Part shown: positions 54,594 through 62,127 of the stretch, one piece after another | Numbering within the stretch: position 1 is the stretch's first letter | Layout: each line of letters starts with the position of its first letter | Source: Chitinophagales bacterium | Lineage (GTDB): Bacteria; Bacteroidota; Bacteroidia; Chitinophagales; CAIODY01 | DNA length: 64,000 nt | NCBI GenBank assembly: GCA_026461075.1 | Contig: JAPJNH010000051.1 | Span: forward strand, 65,816 to 129,815 | Direction: 5' to 3' | The notes under the pieces: model-generated | Told to the model about the DNA's origin: nothing | Databases searched by the model: none | Seen by the model: only the letters and a program-made list of their open reading frames with translations | Made by a program: the position numbers and the translations under genes

Positions 54594-55192
54594 TACTTAC
54601 TATTTCGATCACTTATACAAACAGCCGGGTTTCCTGCATAAATAGCATTAGGCTTTAATATTCCTTTGCACACACTGTTAGCGGAGACGATGGTTCCTGA
54701 ACCTATTTGTGTGCCGGGTAATACAATGACACCAGTACCTAACCAAACATAGTCGCCGATCACGATGGGTTTAGGTGTATCCATCTTATGTAAACGATCT
54801 TCAGGACTTCGTAAGGAAATAGCATGACCATTATTATCAAAAATTTGACAATTAGCTGCAATCAAACAACCTTTTCCGATGCTAATCGAATCTTTGGCAT
54901 GTAATAATGTCCCATGAATTCTAGTTTGATCACCAATTGAAATATGAGCCTTCTTATCATCCAATAAAAATTTTACTGGTCGAAACATATTCAAATGATA
55001 AAAGGTATTCGTTGAATTAATTTGAACAAAATTGCCAAGATGCAACTTTGCTCCTGTTCGAATCTGAAAACGCGGTATTCCCTTAAATTTAATCCCCTTA
55101 CCCCATGGTCCCCAAAATAGGCGTGCCAAGAAGAGAGTGGTAAACCCTTTTATATAATCTAAAACTAAACGTAAATAGTGAATGGGCATCAT
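54593..55192 (-). CDS. Hexapeptide-repeat (LbH) acetyltransferase
   Basis: 199 aa. Left-handed beta-helix repeats (IGDYVWLGTGVIVLPGTQIGSGTIVSANSV). Confidence 0.8.
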   Translation of the reverse strand: MMPIHYLRLVLDYIKGFTTLFLARLFWGPWGKGIKFKGIPRFQIRTGAKLHLGNFVQINSTNTFYHLNMFRPVKFLLDDKKAHISIGDQTRIHGTLLHAKDSISIGKGCLIAANCQIFDNNGHAISLRSPEDRLHKMDTPKPIVIGDYVWLGTGVIVLPGTQIGSGTIVSANSVCKGILKPNAIYAGNPAVCISDRNSK

Positions 55193-55203
55193 AATTATGT
55201 TTG

Positions 55204-55211
55204 CAAAATTA
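55204..55211 (-). promoter_or_regulatory. Bacteroidota-type -7 promoter box (TAnnTTTG)
   Basis: Minus-strand TAATTTTG, 12 nt upstream of the ATG at 55192. Likely the promoter of the 55192-50649 operon. Confidence 0.4.
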
Positions 55212-55292
55212 CGTAGTAGCCCTTTAGTATTCTAAAAACAGATTAGATGATAATACACCTACAACAAATCCTTAACACAGCCTTAATACAAA

Positions 55293-55321
55293 TAAAAAAG
55301 GGAGCTTACGCTCCCCTTTTC
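55293..55321 (-). terminator. Rho-independent terminator after the 932-aa T9SS type A cargo gene
   Basis: GC-rich stem GGGAGC / GCTCCC with a 4-nt loop, followed on the minus strand by TTTTTTATTT. Confidence 0.65.
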
Positions 55322-55346
55322 ATTTAGACCTAAATACACACTGAAA

Positions 55347-58103
55347 TTATTTCACGAAAGTAGTATTAGCAACCACTTGACGATTAGCAGTCATCACTTG
55401 AACGTGATAAATTCCGCTAGCTAAGTTTTCAGCTTGTAAAGCAACGTTTTGAATAGTACCAGAAGTTAATTCAAGATTCATTGTATTAACAACTTGACCT
55501 AAAGCGTTCATTACAACCAATGTAGCCATTCCGCTAACTGTAGAAGAGATAGAAACATTAGCAACTTCAGCTACTGGATTTGGAGCAACATTCAATTCGA
55601 ATGTATTGAAATCATCAGAAGATACCAACTCATAAGCACGAGCTGAAGCTGAATATTTCAAGTAGAAGTTAGAAGGTAAAGAAGATTTACAAGTTCCAAC
55701 TGCAGTACATGAAATTTTGATAGTTGACAAAGAAACTGTAGAACCAAAGTTATTTCCTGTAGTCAAAGTAATAGAATCTCCAGTTGTAGCACTAGTGATA
55801 GTAGCAGGACCAGAAACAATTGACCAAGCATAAGAGATACCAGCTTGAACAGTTTTAACTTTGAAAGTTAAATTAGCATTTGAATTTGCTAAAGCAGAAC
55901 CCAAAACGATTGGTTTTGTAGGAGCAGCAGCAACTTTAAGTACACGAGAAGCAGGAGCTTTAGAACAGTTGTTGTTAGTGATAACAGAAACCAAACCTAA
56001 AGAATAAGTTGGGTCGAAAGAGATATAAGCTGTATCGTTACCTTGACCGCTTACCAAAGTAGCACCTGTAGGCATTGCCCACTTGTAGTAGGTAGCATTT
56101 GCAGCAGGAGCAGCAACGAACATGATTGGAGAATCAGAGCAAACATCATAAGTAGGACCATAAATCTTTGCAGGCAATTTAGTTAAATTGATTGCGATAG
56201 AAGCAGATTTCTTAACTAAACTTACACAATATTGTGTATTAGCAACTGCATTGATAGTAGACTTGATGTAAGTAGAATCAAACTTAACTGTCAAAGTGCG
56301 CGTTCCGTTACCAGAAACAATTGTAACACCTTGAGGTACTGACCAAGCGTAGTTAGTTACAGCGTTAGCAGCTTTACCAGTTGTATCAATTGTGTAAACA
56401 GCGTTTACTTGAGAGTTGTTATAATACTTGATATAAGGACAAGCATCTAATGGACCAGTGATAGCTAAAGGAGCAGCAGGAACAGCATCTACTGTAATTG
56501 TGATAGCTGTACGAGGACTTTCAGCAGAAAGTGCTGTATTGTATTGAGAAACATAGATAGTTTTTGTACCAACAACTGATGAAGAAATAACAGGTTGTGT
56601 TGTTTTGAAAGTACCACCAGTAGCAACTGTGTACCAACGTAAAGTATAACCAGTAGCAGGAGTTACTTGTAATGGAGTAACTACAGTTCCTTTACAGATG
56701 TGTACATTTGTAGAAGCGATAGAAGGAGCGTTAGTGTTGATCAACAATCCAGAGAAAGTTGTATCAGTAAATGAAGCACCAGTTTCAGCCACGCTACCTG
56801 TAGCAGGACGGAAGTCAGGAGCAGTCCAAGAATAAGGAGTAGTTAAGATTCCACTTGATAAAGAAATAGAGTCGTTGTTGCTATTTGCAAACCAACCCCA
56901 GATATTCCAAGCTGCGTTCTTTTCACAAACGATTGATTTTGTTCCAGCAACGATGTTGTTTTTGAATTTCAAACCAATTTTGTTATCAGCATAGTTAGAA
57001 GAAGCTAATGCTTGACATAATGAACCGTCAATCATCACACCATTTACATAATCCATGAAAATAGAGTTAACAATTTTCAATGCAGAGTTACGACGGATAC
57101 GAGCACCACGCTTGTAACCTGAAGCAATCGTTGCAGATTTGTTACCACGTAATGGTCCTACCATAGTCATGTTAGTAAAAATAGCTGAAGTTTGAGGAGT
57201 TGCAGTTGTTCCAGAAGGATCGTTATCTGACTCAAAACCTTCTGAAGTAGAAACTGAAGGGTTATCAGAGATTTGTGGATCACGTACAGCCAATCCGAAT
57301 TGAACTGAACCACTGAATCCGTTATCTGTATCGAAATCATCATCCAATCCACGATAAGCAACTAAGTATTTACAGTTAACATTACCTCCGAACCATTCGT
57401 AAGAATCGTCATTAGAGAAAGAGATTTGGATGTGGTTGATAGTAGTACCACGACCTACAGCTCCAAAAGTTAAACCGTTAATTTCTTTATTTGGTTGATA
57501 TACATAACCAGGGTATTCGATACGAACATACGTCATAACACCTGAGTTATCGTTATCGTTAGGAGAAGTACCTCCACCGTAAGCAGTTAAAGCTGAAGGA
57601 GCTAAACCTTCTACATAAGCTTCACCACCAGGGTTGTTGTTAGATGCTTTACCCATTAAAATGATTCCACCCCAATCACCGATGTTACGAGAACCAGCAG
57701 GCTGATTAGACGTAAATACGATTGGTTGAGAAGCAGTACCAGCAGCGTTAATTTTAGCACCACGTGTAATGAACAAACCTGCTCCAGTAGCAGCCTTGTT
57801 ACCCATGATAACTGTACCAGGTTGAATCGTTAATGTAGCGTTGTTTGTAACATAAATTTGACCAGACAACAAATAAACGTTGTTGCTAGTCCAAGTAGTG
57901 TTCATGGTGATGTTGTTAATTACAGTAACAGTTGGTGTTCCGTAATTAGTGTTTTGTGGATCAAAATTGGTCCAGCCATCAGTCCATGCAGCAGCAGGAG
58001 CAGGTTCGAAGGCTCCGCGGTAGGATGTAGGCACAATCGTTTGTTGCGCCAAAACAGCCTGAGCGAAAAGCGCCAAAACGAGGGTGTTGAGGATTTTTTT
58101 CAT
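55347..58103 (-). CDS. Secreted surface protein: ~440-aa beta-helix-like N-domain + Ig-like repeats + T9SS type A CTD
   Basis: Start placed at MKKILNTLVLALFAQAVLAQ (58103). CHU_C-associated Ig-like unit (ICKGTVVTPLQV...LRWYTVATGG). Three ~95-aa Y(A/K)W...G(A/V)T(I/L)VSG units. C-terminus APNPVAE...GIYHVQV...TTFVK. Confidence 0.8.
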   Translation of the reverse strand: MKKILNTLVLALFAQAVLAQQTIVPTSYRGAFEPAPAAAWTDGWTNFDPQNTNYGTPTVTVINNITMNTTWTSNNVYLLSGQIYVTNNATLTIQPGTVIMGNKAATGAGLFITRGAKINAAGTASQPIVFTSNQPAGSRNIGDWGGIILMGKASNNNPGGEAYVEGLAPSALTAYGGGTSPNDNDNSGVMTYVRIEYPGYVYQPNKEINGLTFGAVGRGTTINHIQISFSNDDSYEWFGGNVNCKYLVAYRGLDDDFDTDNGFSGSVQFGLAVRDPQISDNPSVSTSEGFESDNDPSGTTATPQTSAIFTNMTMVGPLRGNKSATIASGYKRGARIRRNSALKIVNSIFMDYVNGVMIDGSLCQALASSNYADNKIGLKFKNNIVAGTKSIVCEKNAAWNIWGWFANSNNDSISLSSGILTTPYSWTAPDFRPATGSVAETGASFTDTTFSGLLINTNAPSIASTNVHICKGTVVTPLQVTPATGYTLRWYTVATGGTFKTTQPVISSSVVGTKTIYVSQYNTALSAESPRTAITITVDAVPAAPLAITGPLDACPYIKYYNNSQVNAVYTIDTTGKAANAVTNYAWSVPQGVTIVSGNGTRTLTVKFDSTYIKSTINAVANTQYCVSLVKKSASIAINLTKLPAKIYGPTYDVCSDSPIMFVAAPAANATYYKWAMPTGATLVSGQGNDTAYISFDPTYSLGLVSVITNNNCSKAPASRVLKVAAAPTKPIVLGSALANSNANLTFKVKTVQAGISYAWSIVSGPATITSATTGDSITLTTGNNFGSTVSLSTIKISCTAVGTCKSSLPSNFYLKYSASARAYELVSSDDFNTFELNVAPNPVAEVANVSISSTVSGMATLVVMNALGQVVNTMNLELTSGTIQNVALQAENLASGIYHVQVMTANRQVVANTTFVK

Positions 58104-58214
58104 TTTGTTTGGTTTAGTTTTTATTTGATTGCAAAGTAAAGACACGTATTTATCCTTTTACTTAAGCCAATTTGAACAAAGGATTAACAAATTCGCTTCT
58201 ATGTTAAGATTAAT

Positions 58215-61211
58215 TTAAAACTTGTAAGAGGCTGCCAAAGAAAACACACGGCCAAAATTGGTTTGCCAAATCACATTATCATATGCAGACTGATATCCAT
58301 TTTTATTTTGAGCGTCGCCCAATATCAATTTATTGGTAAGCGCTTTAACGCCACTCACTTGCTCCGAATTATCTGTATTATTAAAATCATTTTGATAGAA
58401 GATTTGATCTTGTGCAAAAATGTTTTGAATATTGAACTTCACTTCTAAATCTCCCTTATAGAATGTCTTTGCTATTTGCAAGTCAAAGAAAGTACGAGAC
58501 TTTTCCCAAATATCTGGTTCATTTACGTTACCAACTATAAATACACGATTACCTACTCGATTTAAACTTAAGGTAGCTGTTAAATCTGTTACAGGATCCA
58601 TATACATTGCGCCTGTATTTAGGACATAAGGTGATTGACCTTGCAAAGGACGAGAGACGCCACCCGCTCCGACTAAACCTGCGAGGTCGACTTGCGAACG
58701 TATTATTGCAAGATTGGTAAAAATCGTTAAATGCTCCGCCCATGATGAAAAGTGAGGAACAGAATCTCTTCTGCTTAAGCTACTTAGAAGAAAACGTGTT
58801 TCTAATTCTAAGCCATAACTGTTTGCATTAGATAAGTTACGATAGGTGATTTCTCGATCTGTATAGGCTAATGAAACTTGTTCAATTGGGTTTGTGAACG
58901 ATTTATAAAATGCAGAAACTGAGATAATCTGTCCTTTACCAGGATACGCTTCGTAACGCAAGTCGTAGTTTTTAATTTCTGCGCGCTTCAAAGTATCTAG
59001 ACCTGAAACTACATATTGCGTAGCGAAATCATAAAACGCGAAAGGCGCCAATTCACGGTATTCAGGACGATTTAACGTTTTTGAATAAGCGAAACGAATA
59101 TTTTGTTTTTTATTGATAGAAATAACCCCGTTCAATGAAGGCAAAAGATCTCCGATAGTAGTATCAATATGAACATCTTGATCTTTATTAATACTTTGAC
59201 GAGCATCTAATTTTTGATTAAACGACTCATAACGAGCACCCCAAATCAAACGGAACCAATCATACTTTGTGTCAAACTGAATGAATGAAGCATTTAGTTC
59301 AGAGCTCGCGGTGTAGGTATCTGAAGGACGAGTTCCATCAATAATCTTGAACCCTGCAGTTGTCTTTGACAATTGCCCCATGTTCTGATACGTAAAGATA
59401 TTCTCTTCACCTAAATACAATAAAGAATCAACGAATTGTAATTTACTACCTGGTGATCCATATTTAGAATAACCTAGACGACGAGCTTCGAATTGACGTT
59501 GACGAACCTGATTAGAATACCCAAGCTTAGCTTCCAAACTAAACTTCTTATCACTGTATGCTTTACTTACCACCACTTTTCCAAAACGAATATTTTCATG
59601 GTTGCGATACCAAAACATACCGCCAGAGTAGTCAGATCCCACGTTAGCAAATGACATATTTGCCTGATAAGTGGTATCCAATGGATTAGGATTTGAAGGA
59701 TCCAACATGTATTTATTTCTTGAATACACTGTTCTTCTTTCATTAGGGATATTTCTAAAAACATCGCTGTAAGAGGCTACCCAATTAATTTTAAGTTTTA
59801 TAGGTACAATAAAATGATCTCCATTTAACTGAGAAGAGATTACACGATTGCTAGTGAAAATTCTTCCTGTAGAACTAATTAATGTCGGATTAACGTCGGC
59901 AGGCTGTGTAGCTCCATCACGTTGAATAACACGATTGTCGGAATTGATACTTGCCATATTTTTCCATGAAATAAAATTATATTTATCTAATTTGATAGAA
60001 CCGTTCATTAACAAACCTGCTAACACTTGCGTAGAGTAATTTTTATCTAAATAATCATAATCCATTTGAACGGGTGTTGTGTCCCCAATCACATTGGAGT
60101 TGCCGCTATAACCACGACGAATAGTTGTATTATAATTTTGTGAAGCATTATAAGAAGCAGAAACAATAACGCCTGCTGCTTTTTTTGCTATTTTAAAATT
60201 ACGCCCAGCCGCAAATTGAAAATTCACATTTGGACGATAGTGCTTATCAAATGTATTCCAATCAACTTGAAAATGCTTTGCATAATATGCCTGTACTCGG
60301 TCGTTCGTAGGAAATTCAGCTGCGTTAGGTAATACTTTTGGAATATCACGGCTTCCATCATCAATACCCAACCAATCTAAATTACCGCCTAAATAAGTCT
60401 TTTGATTTTTAAACGTAGTAATGGAATTATAACCCAAAGAAAAGTTACAAGTTGTAAAATTATTTTCCGGAATATCTTTTGTGTTTATAACTATCACACC
60501 ACCGGCAAATTCACCCGGCAATTCAGGGGTAGCTGTTTTATAAATAACTAAGTTATCCAACATGTTTGAAGGAAAGATATCGAAGGCAAATGCCTTTCTA
60601 TCAGGCTCTGAGCTTGGCAATGGAGCTCCGTTAATGTAAGCCGCGTTGTAACGATCATTCAGACCACGAACTACCGCAAATTTATTATCCTGAATACTAA
60701 CACCGCTAATACGCTTCAATACATCACTTGTGCTCTTATCTGGCGTACGTTTAATGTTCTCTGCTGACAAACCATCTGCTACCGAAGCACTGTTCTTCTG
60801 CAAAACACGCAAGGCATTCACAGACTCTTTGTTAATCTTAGTAATGATGTTAACGGTACCCAAAGTCTTTTGCGCAGTATTCATGGAAACGGTAATTGTT
60901 GTTGCTTCATTAGCCTTCACTTCAACACCAGATAAAGTTTTCGTGTTGTAAGACAACATCTTACACTCCAAGGTATAAGTCCCTGGCTTAATTCCTGTCA
61001 ATTCAAAGTCTCCATTCCAATCAGAAACAGTTCCATCATTAGTGCCTTGAAAAACGATTACCGCATTCATCAACGGTTGACCATTTTTCTCATCAATAAT
61101 TTTACCAGTGATTTTACCATTGCCAGACGTACTTGTGGACGTAGTCTGCGCTGAAATTTGCCCAACAAGTGCAATAGACAGAATAAAAATAAAAGTAATA
61201 AGCTTCTGCAT
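58215..61211 (-). CDS. TonB-dependent receptor (~1000 aa; CarboxypepD_reg-like N-domain + plug + large barrel)
   Basis: Start placed at MQKLITFIFILSIALVGQISAQ (61211). GKITGKIIDEKNGQPLMNAVI, plug region ISGVSIQDNKFAVVRGLNDRYN. C-terminal strand FSLAASYKF. Confidence 0.88.
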   Translation of the reverse strand: MQKLITFIFILSIALVGQISAQTTSTSTSGNGKITGKIIDEKNGQPLMNAVIVFQGTNDGTVSDWNGDFELTGIKPGTYTLECKMLSYNTKTLSGVEVKANEATTITVSMNTAQKTLGTVNIITKINKESVNALRVLQKNSASVADGLSAENIKRTPDKSTSDVLKRISGVSIQDNKFAVVRGLNDRYNAAYINGAPLPSSEPDRKAFAFDIFPSNMLDNLVIYKTATPELPGEFAGGVIVINTKDIPENNFTTCNFSLGYNSITTFKNQKTYLGGNLDWLGIDDGSRDIPKVLPNAAEFPTNDRVQAYYAKHFQVDWNTFDKHYRPNVNFQFAAGRNFKIAKKAAGVIVSASYNASQNYNTTIRRGYSGNSNVIGDTTPVQMDYDYLDKNYSTQVLAGLLMNGSIKLDKYNFISWKNMASINSDNRVIQRDGATQPADVNPTLISSTGRIFTSNRVISSQLNGDHFIVPIKLKINWVASYSDVFRNIPNERRTVYSRNKYMLDPSNPNPLDTTYQANMSFANVGSDYSGGMFWYRNHENIRFGKVVVSKAYSDKKFSLEAKLGYSNQVRQRQFEARRLGYSKYGSPGSKLQFVDSLLYLGEENIFTYQNMGQLSKTTAGFKIIDGTRPSDTYTASSELNASFIQFDTKYDWFRLIWGARYESFNQKLDARQSINKDQDVHIDTTIGDLLPSLNGVISINKKQNIRFAYSKTLNRPEYRELAPFAFYDFATQYVVSGLDTLKRAEIKNYDLRYEAYPGKGQIISVSAFYKSFTNPIEQVSLAYTDREITYRNLSNANSYGLELETRFLLSSLSRRDSVPHFSSWAEHLTIFTNLAIIRSQVDLAGLVGAGGVSRPLQGQSPYVLNTGAMYMDPVTDLTATLSLNRVGNRVFIVGNVNEPDIWEKSRTFFDLQIAKTFYKGDLEVKFNIQNIFAQDQIFYQNDFNNTDNSEQVSGVKALTNKLILGDAQNKNGYQSAYDNVIWQTNFGRVFSLAASYKF

Positions 61212-61342
61212 AAAGGAAATTTGATGCAAAAAAAGCAAAAAGGACTATCCTTATTTTTACTCCAATGTTAACTTAATGTTTAAAGAGTAGGCATAAACAG
61301 CAATAATAAACATTAAATTAACATAAAAGTTGTAAAATAATG

Positions 61343-62089
61343 TTAAAACAAGGCAAGTTGGTTATCCGGACGAATATCGTCCTTTGTATTACCTATTTGA
61401 AGCAATTTCTTGGCTTGCAAGTTTTCTACATAATGACCTAGCTCCTCTTGCGACCAAGGATTATTTCCATTTAACAGCCAAATGTCTTGCCACTCTTTAG
61501 ACAAAAACAAAGGCATTCGAGGCTCTGACAATGAAGGGTTATTATGAATTTCTGCCATCTTTCCCAAACCCTTAATAGTAACAATACTCGTTGTTTGTAA
61601 AAACTCACCTGTTCGCTGATCAGTCCATTCCGAGAATAGGCCCGCAAAAATTAAAGGCTCGTCTATAGTGGCTGAAGAAATAAGGTGAGGGACTTTCTTT
61701 TTTCCTTGATGTTGAAACTCATAAAACGCATCCACATAGATCAGACAGCGCTTTTTTGCTAAAGACTCCTTGAAGGAAGGTTTTTCAGCAGCGGTTTCAA
61801 AGCGAGCATTAAATGTTTTGGTACTAATCGATTTCGCTTCTTCGGCATCGCGTGCCCAAGAAGGAATCAAACCCCATTTGAAGAGCTGTGGGGTGAACGG
61901 TGCTTCGTTAGTAAAAACCAACAAAGAAGGAAATTCAAAGGCCTTCACGTGTTCGTGCGACTGCCAACTAGCTTCTTTGCTGACCTTATCTAATTGCGCC
62001 TCTAATTCGGCTATAATAGACGGATCTTCTGATCTATGCTTTGCATATTTCAGCAACTGTAAGGTTCCACTTTTGACGTCGTAACACAT
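61343..62089 (-). CDS. SOS-response-associated peptidase (SRAP/YedK family)
   Basis: Start placed at MCYDV (62089), so that Cys2 is N-terminal as required in the family. WGLIPSW, FNARFET, KRCLIYVDAFYEF, IHNN...PRMPLFL motifs. Confidence 0.8.
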   Translation of the reverse strand: MCYDVKSGTLQLLKYAKHRSEDPSIIAELEAQLDKVSKEASWQSHEHVKAFEFPSLLVFTNEAPFTPQLFKWGLIPSWARDAEEAKSISTKTFNARFETAAEKPSFKESLAKKRCLIYVDAFYEFQHQGKKKVPHLISSATIDEPLIFAGLFSEWTDQRTGEFLQTTSIVTIKGLGKMAEIHNNPSLSEPRMPLFLSKEWQDIWLLNGNNPWSQEELGHYVENLQAKKLLQIGNTKDDIRPDNQLALF

Positions 62090-62116
62090 AAAAAAAAGAG
62101 GCCGAATGAATCGGCC
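62090..62116 (-). terminator. Rho-independent terminator of the PPIase gene, abutting the SRAP start codon
   Basis: Stem GGCCGA / TCGGCC with a 5-nt loop. The minus strand continues TCTTTTTTTT directly into the ATG at 62089. Confidence 0.55.
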
Positions 62117-62119
62117 CCA

Positions 62120-62127
62120 CAAATTTA
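62120..62127 (-). promoter_or_regulatory. Bacteroidota-type -7 box match (TAnnTTTG), questionable
   Basis: Minus-strand TAAATTTG overlapping the PPIase stop codon. It lies upstream of the terminator hairpin, so function is doubtful. Confidence 0.2.
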
